From the NCBI GenBank assembly GCA_965248435.1, contig OZ252100.1, forward strand, positions 384,001-448,000: a stretch of DNA of 64,000 bases, written 5' to 3'. Each line of letters starts with the position of its first letter. Position 1 is the stretch's first letter. The notes below the pieces were generated by a model. The model saw only the letters and a list, made by a program, of their open reading frames with translations. It made no database searches and was not told where the DNA came from. Below, in pieces: positions 35,864-44,913 of the stretch. The DNA is from Candidatus Latescibacterota bacterium. Its GTDB lineage: Bacteria; Latescibacterota; UBA2968; GCA-2709665. The position numbers and the translations under genes are program-made.

Positions 35864-36519
35864 CCCCTGCGGGCCCGCCTCCGTCGTCTGCGCATCACAA
35901 GAGAATAGACGATAATCAACCCCGCGAACGCACCGACAACAGCACCGATGGTCTTGTTCGACAACTTCCCGAGTTCACCCTTGATCCGACCGTGTTGGTT
36001 TACGAAAGCCGTGTTGTCCGGCTCCAGATCCATGGCCTTTTCGATCAGGAGCAGGGCCTTTTCTGCATCCCCCTGCGCGAAGTGGAGTCTCGACAGATTG
36101 TAGTAGGCCGTCCCGATTTCCGGATCGATAGAGATCGTTTTTTCGTAAAGCCTTTTCGCACGCTCGGCTTTGCCCTGTTTTTCATACACGGATCCCAGGT
36201 TGTTATAGGCGTGGCCTTCTCTGGGTCGGAGTTTGATGACCTCCAGGTAGTACTTGCCGGCCAAGTCGTAACGTTTCTGATTGAAGCAAAGACCCGCGAG
36301 ATTATAGAGGGCGTCCGCGTGTCCGGGATCCAGTTTGATGATCTCATAATAAAGTTTGACCGCCCTCCTTGGGTTGATCGGGCGGTCTATCCCCAAATGA
36401 TATCGTTGTGCCTCCTCGAACAACTGCTGCACTTCCCCAGCGGGAGGCCTCTGCCCCTGGGCGCCCGACGCCGTCACAAAAATCAGCAGCCCCGGGAGAA
36501 TCCTCCAGATCCTGTTCAC
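35860..36519 (-). CDS. Exported Sel1/TPR protein with C-terminal TM and poly-Arg tail
   Basis: ALYNLA, AYNNLGSVY, AYYNLS. GTGA overlaps on both sides. Confidence 0.85.
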   Translation of the reverse strand: MNRIWRILPGLLIFVTASGAQGQRPPAGEVQQLFEEAQRYHLGIDRPINPRRAVKLYYEIIKLDPGHADALYNLAGLCFNQKRYDLAGKYYLEVIKLRPREGHAYNNLGSVYEKQGKAERAKRLYEKTISIDPEIGTAYYNLSRLHFAQGDAEKALLLIEKAMDLEPDNTAFVNQHGRIKGELGKLSNKTIGAVVGAFAGLIIVYSLVMRRRRRRARRG

Positions 36520-37769
36520 GTTTCCTCACAGTCGCCGGATCCGTCGGAGCCTCCGACGATGATGAATGAGGTATTGTCCCTGCCCGAAACCGCAAAATCC
36601 TGTGAAGTGCGATAAGCGATTTGGCCTAAATCTGTGTCGGCGTCCATTCTCCCCATGAGGGACTGAACGTTGAGCTCGGGATGTTTGATGATCCCGTCGG
36701 TTCCCAACAGAAAGAGACCGGGGCCGATGACCACAGAGCCGCAGTCAATAAAGTCTTTGTTAAATCGCTTGTCTCCCAACCAGATACTGAGTTTTCTTCC
36801 AGTGATTCCATACCCTAAATCCCGGTTGAGCTGGTGGACCTGCCCCCCGTTGGCCTGGTATAGAAACGCATCGCTCACAGACGCCCAGTGGAGTTTGGCA
36901 CCCTCCCTGACCGCAGCGACAAGGCTGGACCGACTCCGTTGTACCGTAATGTCGGAGAGGACTGAACGGTGACACCGCGTGATCGTATTGATCAAAAACT
37001 GTCTAATGTCTTCGTCCGCCATCGCCCCATCGGTCTCGAACCCGAGCCGGAAGAGCTCGAGCATCTTGCTGACGACCAGCTCGCTGCTGCGAGCCCCGTG
37101 GTGGGCGTCCGCAACAACGAAAATCTCTTTTCCAGCCGCGCGGTGAAATCCGAGGGCGTCTTCGTTCGGCTCCCGAGACATTGGGTCCGCTCGGCCCCCG
37201 GGCGTAAACCCGAATGCGGCCTGGTCCGCACCCCTCAGGCCCCCTCCCAGGAAATCCCCTCGGCGGCGATGGAATCGTCCCAGAATCAGCAAATCGTGAT
37301 GAAATCCTGCCGCTTTCTGAGCGTCGATCTGAGCCTTGGTTCGGTCGATCACTTCCAGGCGGTGCGGTTTCTCATCATTACCATCCTCCCGGCGCTCGGA
37401 TAAATCCCCTTCCAATTCCCTCAAAAACCCTTCAAGCACCTGACGCGGCGCATCACCCGGCTTGGAGGACCCGTTACTTTCTCTAGAGGAAAACCGGTCA
37501 GTGTAGAATTGCTTCAGTGAGCGATGGAAATCTCGAATCGATACCAGGGGAGGATCGATTTGGACACCGCCCGCTTCTGTGCGGAATACGAGCACTGTTG
37601 CTTCCTGGAATCCCCCTCTGCTGAGGTCGAAGTGCAACAGATGGGCCTCGAGCTTGTCCACCCGGTCCGAACCTGTTAAGGGCCCCACACGAAGGTCCAC
37701 GACTCGGGGCGCGAAGACCGCAGAAAAGACGGGGTTTGAAGCCCCGGTGCTTGAGTGAGATAGATTCAT
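36516..37769 (-). CDS. PP2C-family phosphatase with unknown N-terminal region
   Basis: REPNEDA, FVVADAH.G, SVSD, LGTDGI, RDNTS. Start uncertain. Confidence 0.7.
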   Translation of the reverse strand: MNLSHSSTGASNPVFSAVFAPRVVDLRVGPLTGSDRVDKLEAHLLHFDLSRGGFQEATVLVFRTEAGGVQIDPPLVSIRDFHRSLKQFYTDRFSSRESNGSSKPGDAPRQVLEGFLRELEGDLSERREDGNDEKPHRLEVIDRTKAQIDAQKAAGFHHDLLILGRFHRRRGDFLGGGLRGADQAAFGFTPGGRADPMSREPNEDALGFHRAAGKEIFVVADAHHGARSSELVVSKMLELFRLGFETDGAMADEDIRQFLINTITRCHRSVLSDITVQRSRSSLVAAVREGAKLHWASVSDAFLYQANGGQVHQLNRDLGYGITGRKLSIWLGDKRFNKDFIDCGSVVIGPGLFLLGTDGIIKHPELNVQSLMGRMDADTDLGQIAYRTSQDFAVSGRDNTSFIIVGGSDGSGDCEET

Positions 37770-38220
37770 TATCGACCCAATCTTAAGGGTCGGGAGAACA
37801 CAAGGTGCTCCCCGATAGGTTCCGGATCACAGTAGCAGACCTGCGATCTTATGACGCGAGATATTCACCGTACGGGCACGTCGAACAGTGCCTCCGTCCG
37901 CTATTCCGATACTCGATGCAGCGAGCCCGATACATCCTGCGATCCACGAACGACGATCACCGCAATTTAGAAAGGATACATCACATTCAGTCGCTGGACC
38001 AAGCCGTCGCGCCTCGAGTCAGGGTCTTCCAGAATCACCTCAATCGCGGGACGACTCTGCCAGAGCCTCAGACTGAGGGCCCAGTCGATGTCCAGGCTGC
38101 GAAGGGCAAGGCGGGCAACCAGAAACATAGGAGTCAGAATTTTGATCGCAAACAAACCTGTTCAACTCCGTCTGGGGGTTGTGAACCACACCCGGAAACA
38201 GGCCGCCTGCCGGGCTTAAT

Positions 38221-38250
38221 AGCATACAACAATACCCTTCCGCCAGTCAA
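38221..38250 (-). promoter_or_regulatory. Sigma70-like promoter
   Basis: Minus strand TTGACT-18-TATGCT. Confidence 0.5.
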
Positions 38251-38296
38251 GGCCTTACGCTTCTGACCGCAGAAGAAGGAAGCGATACTCGAAGAT

Positions 38297-39385
38297 TCAC
38301 TCGTCGATATTGGCCAACTGTTCGATCCAGAGTCGAAATCGGCCGATTTGGGCGGGCGTAAGGAAGGGTCCCCCCTGAGGCATTCGGTCGCCAAGGATCC
38401 CTTCGTTCTCCTCTAGCTTCAGGATGATGTAGCTCTCGTCAGGGGCGCCGGGTTTAACCCGGCTCAGAGATGCGGATTGCCGGCTCGGCACCTCCAGGAG
38501 ATTTTCCAGTGAGAGCCCGGCCTCCAGGACAAGCCCCTCCCCGGGAGGGAACTGCTCGCTGGCAGCGTGGCAGCCGACAAATGCACAGGTGGTGTCGAAA
38601 ACGGGCTGGATCTGTGTCGCGAAAGAGACCACCGGCGAAAACCTGAAGGAAAAGCGATCTCCTTTCCCCTCGGCGATTTCCTGACCCGAGAGGTCTTTTA
38701 CTGCCCTCACGACCAGGGTGTAAGCGACCCCCGGAGATTGAGGCGCAGTCGTCAACAGGACGCGATCCTCGCCTGCCGTACGAGCATCTATCACGGCGAG
38801 GGATGTTCCCTCACTCGATATAGCATAGTTTTCCGGAAGGCCTGCAGTCGCAGGATCGACCGGCTCACTGAAGGTGACCTCCAGACTGATGCTGTCTGCC
38901 GAAACGACGGCCAGGACCGACGGCGGGGCTGGAGGCGCCGTGGACAGGAGTGCTCCCTCATCTATCCAGCGCTTAATGGCATCGATCTCGGCCGCGGTCA
39001 AGGGTGTGCGGCCGAGCGGCATCTGGTCCCCGAAAATGGGACGACCTGCCGGGTCCTGGCCCTCCAGCTTCCAGACGAGCAGACTGTTGTCAGGATCCCC
39101 CGGAATAACCTGCGGCCCGTTTTTGCTGAGAGTCGGGTCCAGAAGTTCCACGAAGGAAACCTCAGACGTCAGGAGTAGTCCTGCTTGTTGATTGCCTGTA
39201 CCGCCCGGTTCGTGACAGCCTCCTGTGCAGGTCCGATTGAACACGGCCTGGACGTCGCGGTCGTAGAAAGCCGTGGCCCCTTCGGGTGCCTCCACGGATC
39301 GCGCCGTCGGAAACGGAATGGGGTCCCGCACGGCACTGCACCCGGCCACTAGAATGTACGCTATTGTGAAAAGCGATCGATTCAT
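38297..39385 (-). CDS. Lipoprotein with two planctomycete-cytochrome-c-like domains flanking an Ig-like domain
   Basis: Lipobox VAGC. CTGGCH..PGDPDNS..QMP..IKRWIDEGA, central FSEPVD domain, CAFVGCH..PGAPDES..RMP..WIEQ. Confidence 0.8.
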   Translation of the reverse strand: MNRSLFTIAYILVAGCSAVRDPIPFPTARSVEAPEGATAFYDRDVQAVFNRTCTGGCHEPGGTGNQQAGLLLTSEVSFVELLDPTLSKNGPQVIPGDPDNSLLVWKLEGQDPAGRPIFGDQMPLGRTPLTAAEIDAIKRWIDEGALLSTAPPAPPSVLAVVSADSISLEVTFSEPVDPATAGLPENYAISSEGTSLAVIDARTAGEDRVLLTTAPQSPGVAYTLVVRAVKDLSGQEIAEGKGDRFSFRFSPVVSFATQIQPVFDTTCAFVGCHAASEQFPPGEGLVLEAGLSLENLLEVPSRQSASLSRVKPGAPDESYIILKLEENEGILGDRMPQGGPFLTPAQIGRFRLWIEQLANIDE

Positions 39386-39392
39386 TCCGAAC

Positions 39393-40583
39393 CTACTGGT
39401 GGCAATATCCGCAGAAGCCGACTCCCGAAATTCGGGTTTCCAGGTGACACGCGTAGCAAAGGGAGTGCGGGTCTGAATGAAATTCCCCGTTGCCAGCTTG
39501 ATCTGCAAACCGGGTCCCGTGGGTTTTGGGATCCGTCCCTCGGACACCGTCAAAATCGACGTGGCACTGGATGCAGCTCGGGTCCTCCCCGTCCACGTCG
39601 TGACAGCTCACGCAGGTCTCGATATCCCGACGCGCCCACGAACCGTGCCGTCCCCCACCTGAACCGACGCCGGCCAGGACCCATGGCCTTGGATCGTCCG
39701 GTAGTGGGCCGTGCCAGACCGGCTTGAACCGGCGTTCGTCCCCTTCGATCCTGTGACATTCAACGCAGAAGTCCGTGGCGTGGCAGGTCGCGCACTGCCG
39801 TTCTTTGCCCGCCGCATCCAACGGGTGCGTAAACCTGTAGTTCAGCTCGTGCTGCCTTTGCAGGATCTGTCCGACCCTGCAACGGTTTTGAGGTGCGCCA
39901 GACACAGACCGCTCCGGCGGTGCCTCCAGGTCCACCAAAAGGGCACCGGCGTGGCAGTCTTCGCACCAGGTGTCCTGGTGACACTGTGCACAAGGCATTT
40001 CGCCCGCACGGGAATGCTGTTTATGCTCGTGTATCCAGTCCGCCCTGTGGCTCTGCGGTCGAATCACCTCGACTTTGGGATGGCAGGTCTCGCAATCGTA
40101 TGGCGCATCAGCGTCCTGGTGACACGTGAGGCACTCGGGCATGGTAGGCCAATTCTTCCTGCTCGCGTAGTCGGTCTCCGGCATCCCGCGATGGCAGTCC
40201 TGGCAGTCCAGTTCAAGTTTCTCGATATGGAAGTTGTGGGGGAAGTCGATCACGCGTTCGGGGTTCTCGAACGCCACAGGTTGGGCAGGATCCTGATGGC
40301 ACTTCTCACACTGTGCCGGATCTTTTACCTCTTCTTTGTGGCAGTCCGCGCAGGTCTCTTCCAACGGAAGCAGATTTTCCCCGGCGAGACTGCTGGATTG
40401 AGCCTTCACGTGGCAATCCCTGCAGAAAAGCCCCATGTCCATCAAGTGGTAGCGATGAGAGAACAGGATGATGGCGCTTCGATTCTGCTCCGGGATCGTG
40501 ATGGGGATATCGGACTCCTCCGCGGATGCATCCCACGGAAGGCACGAAAATGCCAGAGCGATCGCCAGGTGCGTCAGCTTCAC
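39393..40583 (-). CDS. 14-heme c-type cytochrome (c7/c3-like modules)
   Basis: Signal peptide. 14 CxxCH motifs counted in 396 aa, with FSHxxH/FPHxxH distal His motifs. Confidence 0.95.
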   Translation of the reverse strand: MKLTHLAIALAFSCLPWDASAEESDIPITIPEQNRSAIILFSHRYHLMDMGLFCRDCHVKAQSSSLAGENLLPLEETCADCHKEEVKDPAQCEKCHQDPAQPVAFENPERVIDFPHNFHIEKLELDCQDCHRGMPETDYASRKNWPTMPECLTCHQDADAPYDCETCHPKVEVIRPQSHRADWIHEHKQHSRAGEMPCAQCHQDTWCEDCHAGALLVDLEAPPERSVSGAPQNRCRVGQILQRQHELNYRFTHPLDAAGKERQCATCHATDFCVECHRIEGDERRFKPVWHGPLPDDPRPWVLAGVGSGGGRHGSWARRDIETCVSCHDVDGEDPSCIQCHVDFDGVRGTDPKTHGTRFADQAGNGEFHSDPHSLCYACHLETRISGVGFCGYCHQ

Positions 40584-41908
40584 TGGGACGCGCTCCTCGT
40601 TGGGCCTGGGCCGCGGAAGAACCAGGTGGTCGCCCTGAAAAAGAAACGAAGATCGTGGGAACTGCCAGGAAAGGGGTTGGCTCGTGACGCGAGCTTCAGG
40701 TCCTGCACCAGATCCTGCCCCTGTACGCTGATCGTAAGGTGACGGCTGGGTCGGTAGCTGAGACCGAGCGTGGACGTCAGCACTGTGCTGCGCGCTCCCT
40801 CGCCATCATAGGTTCTGAACTTCGAGAAATGAAAGCCCCCGTCGACCCAGATTTCAGGATTCAGGCGAAATCGGAGATTCGCCGTCGCACCGTCCCCGAT
40901 ACCGCCATATCCGCGCCTCCGAATGTAGCCCACGTAGCCATTCAACAGGTTTGCTCCCAAGTTGGCCCTGTATCCCTGGTCTGCTTCATAATCCACCGAG
41001 GAAAATTCGCCGAAGAGGCTAAAATGTCGATTGAACCGGTAGCTGCTCCGGAAGGAGAGTTCCTGATTGCTGCTCTGATTGAACAGGGCAAAGATGCTGT
41101 TCTGATCCACATACGGCGTCCGGTAAAGGTATTCCCCCGAGATCGTGAACCCGCCCTGATGATAACGCAATACCCCCTCCATCCGGCGCGTGCGCAGCTC
41201 GCCAGGGATGCTCAGATCCCATCGAAGCGTGAGGTTCGTGCGTTGGCCCAGGTCTCTACCGACGTCGAACCCGACCATCTCCTGCTCCACCTCTCCGGGG
41301 CGCACCTCCAGATCACTCAGTCCGGCCGCAATGCGAGCGTCTGACAGGTAGGTCTCGGTACGGCGGCTTCGACGGTAGAAACTGATCCCCAGTCGGGTAT
41401 CCTGGATCCGTGAGGAAACGAGATGAATCCCGAACATGTGTCCATCTCCCCACGAACTTACGCCTTCACGGTCAAGGGAGGGAAGCGAGCCCGCATAGGC
41501 GTCCAGGCGGGCGAGTCCGCCGATGTCCAGATCTGCCCTTACGCCGTCGATCCGGCCTACGCCCACGCCCGCGAAGACCAGCTGTCGCCCCCAGGTCACC
41601 ACGAACCGGTCCTGTGTATCCTTCCATCTGAAATAACCGTGATAAAAACGATGCTCGGGCTGGTTCCCAGCCCTGTTGAATAGATCCAACGAGGTTCGCA
41701 CGTAGGTCTGAAAAGAAAACTCCGGACGAGCCAGTCGCATCACCCTGAGGCGTGCGGACTGGTAGGCCCGGAGGTCGGCCCGGCTGACCGTATCTGGATA
41801 CGATCGCTCGAACGTGTAAAGGGCGGTCGTAAAACGCCCCGTCACTCCAGTGGCAGACGCACTGCCGGCCAGGAGCGACAGGGCGACTGTCGCTGCGAGA
41901 AGACGCAA
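40580..41908 (-). CDS. Outer-membrane beta-barrel (porin partner of the multiheme cytochrome)
   Basis: Signal peptide, alternating amphipathic strands, GRQ..GRIDG, aromatic last strand. GTGA overlap with the cytochrome gene. Confidence 0.7.
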   Translation of the reverse strand: MRLLAATVALSLLAGSASATGVTGRFTTALYTFERSYPDTVSRADLRAYQSARLRVMRLARPEFSFQTYVRTSLDLFNRAGNQPEHRFYHGYFRWKDTQDRFVVTWGRQLVFAGVGVGRIDGVRADLDIGGLARLDAYAGSLPSLDREGVSSWGDGHMFGIHLVSSRIQDTRLGISFYRRSRRTETYLSDARIAAGLSDLEVRPGEVEQEMVGFDVGRDLGQRTNLTLRWDLSIPGELRTRRMEGVLRYHQGGFTISGEYLYRTPYVDQNSIFALFNQSSNQELSFRSSYRFNRHFSLFGEFSSVDYEADQGYRANLGANLLNGYVGYIRRRGYGGIGDGATANLRFRLNPEIWVDGGFHFSKFRTYDGEGARSTVLTSTLGLSYRPSRHLTISVQGQDLVQDLKLASRANPFPGSSHDLRFFFRATTWFFRGPGPTRSASQ

Positions 41909-41935
41909 ATCCCCTCCCCTTCAAAAAGCGTCTTG

Positions 41936-43024
41936 CTATACGCTCAAATCGAAAAACCTGATGAAGACCAGGAAATCGAAGAAATCGATCCTGTCATCCG
42001 GGCTCAGATCAAACTTCGGGTCGTATTCAGCGTCTCCAAGAACCTTGTTAAAGACCACCGTGAATTCGATGAAGTCAAAGAAGTTTACCGTGTTGTCCCC
42101 GGTAAAATCCCCCAACAACATCTTGGCGACCGACCACTGCATCTGTGCCACAGAATTCTCCCCACTCGACGCCGTCACCAAAACTTCGTCATCAGCCTCA
42201 CCGGTCGTCACGGCCAAGATGAAAGAGGAGCCGGTCTCAGCCTGCTCAATGCCGTTTGCGATCCAGACATAGGTCACGGCCTCGCCATCGGGATCTTCGG
42301 CAACTATAGAAAACGTAATTGTCTCTTCGGGCATACCCAGGACGGTCGTCCTGCCCGGGTCGGCACTCGTAATCTCTACCTCGCGATCGACGTTTTCGAC
42401 GACGATCTGAACCGCCTGGGAGACCTCCTCCTCTCCGTCGCTAGCGGTAAAAGTAATGTCGAACGTGTTTCCACCCTGTTCGAAATCAGGCACCCAGGAA
42501 AAGCTGTTGTCTGAGAGGCTGCCGCCAGAAGGCAGTCCACTCGCTGCGTATACAATCTGATCGTTGTCCTCGTCGGTGGCTTCCACGAGGAAAGTCAGCG
42601 TTTCGCCCTCCTTCACGGTCGCGTTCGGAATGGACGCAAGAACGGGCGCACGATTCTGGACTACCTCAGGCTTGCTGTTCGCATCTCCAGGGTTCGTGAC
42701 CTGGGCTCCCGAGATGGGAGAACCCGTGCCGTTCGGATCACCGAGCTCCTCACCATTCGTGAAGCCGTCGCCGTCAGAATCCATAGACGCGATCGAGGAA
42801 TTCCAGACCACATTGCCGGCGTTTCCTGAGGCTGTCAGAAATCCACCGTTGATTGCGTTACCGAACGAATTTCTCGCACCGCCTCCACTCGCACTAACGT
42901 GGCAGTTCGCACATCGATTCACGCTGCCATTCGGGATCTGATTGACCCGCTTGCTTCTGGCACTGACGGACGAAGCTGAGGTGAGAACCAGGACCAGACT
43001 GAGAAACAGGTAGCTGTAGGCCAT
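41936..43024 (-). CDS. Secreted protein: temptin-like CxxCH domain, cadherin/Ig-like repeats and EF-hand/dockerin-like C-terminus
   Basis: IPNG..CANCH..GGGARNSFG..W..DSDGDGFTNGEELGDP; NRAPVL..ATDEDND; GDFTGDNTVNFFDF..FDLSPDDRIDFFDF. Confidence 0.8.
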   Translation of the reverse strand: MAYSYLFLSLVLVLTSASSVSARSKRVNQIPNGSVNRCANCHVSASGGGARNSFGNAINGGFLTASGNAGNVVWNSSIASMDSDGDGFTNGEELGDPNGTGSPISGAQVTNPGDANSKPEVVQNRAPVLASIPNATVKEGETLTFLVEATDEDNDQIVYAASGLPSGGSLSDNSFSWVPDFEQGGNTFDITFTASDGEEEVSQAVQIVVENVDREVEITSADPGRTTVLGMPEETITFSIVAEDPDGEAVTYVWIANGIEQAETGSSFILAVTTGEADDEVLVTASSGENSVAQMQWSVAKMLLGDFTGDNTVNFFDFIEFTVVFNKVLGDAEYDPKFDLSPDDRIDFFDFLVFIRFFDLSV

Positions 43025-43193
43025 ACACGCCCTCCCACGGATGATGAAGTTGTAAAATCTGGGGAACTCCCAGTAGAAACATATGGCTGACCTCCGAGCT
43101 GCCCGGGTATGGCTTTCCGGGCAACTCATTGCTACCTTATACGCTTTCGTGGGTAGATGGATGCAGGAAAATTCGCGTGGGGACGCAGAAAAG

Positions 43194-43311
43194 AAAAAAC
43201 CCCGGCCCGCTCGATCGCCTGTTATTGAGATTCGCTCACTCAACGGCGTGGAGAGGTCCGTCACGTGAGGTCATAACGGCGGGGGAGAACTGAGCAGGCC
43301 GGGCAACTTCC
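43194..43311 (-). ncRNA. Candidate structured small RNA of unknown family
   Basis: Closing stem 43201-43212/43292-43303, nested stems, U-run at the minus-strand 3' end, AT-rich promoter-like segment at 43319-43345. Confidence 0.45.
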
Positions 43312-43384
43312 ACTGATCAAGATAGTTATACAGAAAACATAACAAACCCGACGAAGGGACGCAAGGATCAGGACGGCGGAAATC

Positions 43385-44464
43385 CTATCGTGCAGGACGC
43401 CAAACGATTCCGGATTCATCCATGCCGAAGGTCCCGTCGCTCATCTGCCCGATCTGATCGACCCGCTTTTCCCCGTTCAGATCGGTTATCTCCATCGCGA
43501 TCGATGCCTCGGCCTGAAAGGTCCTCGCGGCCGTCCAGGACTCATCCGTTTCCACATTACCTGAAGACGATATCTTAAATCCCTGCAGCTGAAGCAATTG
43601 TACCCGAACATCCTCTCCGACCTCGCCCTCGACTCGCAACGTCGCGCGCGCAGGACGATTGAGGACCATCACCAGCTCATCCCTTCTTTTGGAAACCTCC
43701 TCCAGATCTTCTTTGAGCTTATCCAGATTCCGAACAGACAGCAGGTGCTTTCTGATCTCCTCGATCAACCTGAGAAAGACCTTGTGTCGGCTGGGATTTC
43801 GGCTGATGTAATGTTTGTTGTTACGGGTCAGACCGCCGACCAAAACCCGCAGAATGAACTCTTCAAGCGCTTTGTCTACCTCTTCGAACGGTTTCCCCTT
43901 CACCGCCTTGTAAAACGTCGTGAGATCGACCACCAGTTCCCGCTTCCCTGGCTTCAGGATGCCTCCGAAGGACATGTCGACCTGGCGATAGGTCTTGATG
44001 AACTTTCGAGCGGCGAGGCTATTGGTCTGGGAGAGTGCCTCTATTTCCTCCTTCACATTTTGCTGGTCAGCTCGGAATCTTCGCAGCCTCGCCAGATCGG
44101 CAGAATGGGTGCCGAGGCAGACCTCTGATTCGAGAAGGCTCCCTTTTACGGTCGCACCCAGATCTAACCTGAGACTGCTCTTATCCACATCTCCCGACGC
44201 GACGACTTCGCGCGCCTTGATCTTCGCGTGGCAGACGGATCTTTCCAAAATGGCCTGTCCTGCCACCTCGATCAGGCAAGGATGGTTGGGTGCGCCCGTG
44301 ACTTCCCCGCAGATCAGGAGGTTTCCGTCACCCCGTATGACGCCCCCCTGCGTAACGTCCCCAGACACAACACCGTCGTGGTCGTGAAAGTCGACCTCTT
44401 TCGTAACGGTCACTTCTTCGACCTTGTGAACCTTTCGTTTCGGCTCCCGCCCAAGCTCCGTCAT
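43385..44464 (-). CDS. FapA/DUF342-like beta-solenoid plus coiled-coil protein
   Basis: V.GDV..G..I..DGNLLI.GEV repeats followed by a long helical insert. Confidence 0.5.
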   Translation of the reverse strand: MTELGREPKRKVHKVEEVTVTKEVDFHDHDGVVSGDVTQGGVIRGDGNLLICGEVTGAPNHPCLIEVAGQAILERSVCHAKIKAREVVASGDVDKSSLRLDLGATVKGSLLESEVCLGTHSADLARLRRFRADQQNVKEEIEALSQTNSLAARKFIKTYRQVDMSFGGILKPGKRELVVDLTTFYKAVKGKPFEEVDKALEEFILRVLVGGLTRNNKHYISRNPSRHKVFLRLIEEIRKHLLSVRNLDKLKEDLEEVSKRRDELVMVLNRPARATLRVEGEVGEDVRVQLLQLQGFKISSSGNVETDESWTAARTFQAEASIAMEITDLNGEKRVDQIGQMSDGTFGMDESGIVWRPAR

Positions 44465-44485
44465 TTCGCTAATCCCGCGCTGGAC

Positions 44486-44881
44486 CTACGCGTCCGCTCC
44501 TAATTCCCGAATCGTTCCCCGCTTGTCGACAAGCTCCCTCGTTAACCCGAACAGATCCTGTAACAGGTTGACGCGCACCGGCTTGGAGAGGACCAGATCG
44601 GCATACTCCCTCACTGTCTCCGGGACATCGTGCGTGTAGCCTGAGATGATTGCAATGACGGACCAGGGCATCATACCGCGGATCACGGAAAGGATATCCA
44701 GTCCGCTCACACCAGCCATCTTGATATCCAGAGTCACGAGGTCATAGGCCCCCTGCACAGCCTTCGCCAGGGCTTCCTCGCCACTCTCGGCGGTATCCAG
44801 CTTCTCGCATTCCAGGGTCTTCATACAGCTCACCATGAAGTCCCGGACATCCGCATCATCGTCTACTATGAGTACTTTCAT
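44486..44881 (-). CDS. Single-domain response regulator
   Basis: VLIVDDD, LDIKM, ISGY, KP. Confidence 0.9.
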   Translation of the reverse strand: MKVLIVDDDADVRDFMVSCMKTLECEKLDTAESGEEALAKAVQGAYDLVTLDIKMAGVSGLDILSVIRGMMPWSVIAIISGYTHDVPETVREYADLVLSKPVRVNLLQDLFGLTRELVDKRGTIRELGADA

Positions 44882-44913
44882 ATGACCTCCAAAACCAGGC
44901 TTAGCCGCCCAAA

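Noticed and set aside
37805-38266. 153-aa plus-strand ORF as a real gene
   Set aside because: No motif, no convincing RBS, and it runs antisense to a promoter directed at the PP2C operon.
43194-43311. SRP RNA, 6S RNA or tRNA identity for the structured element
   Set aside because: No SRP domain IV motif, too short for a typical 6S RNA, and no cloverleaf or T-loop.
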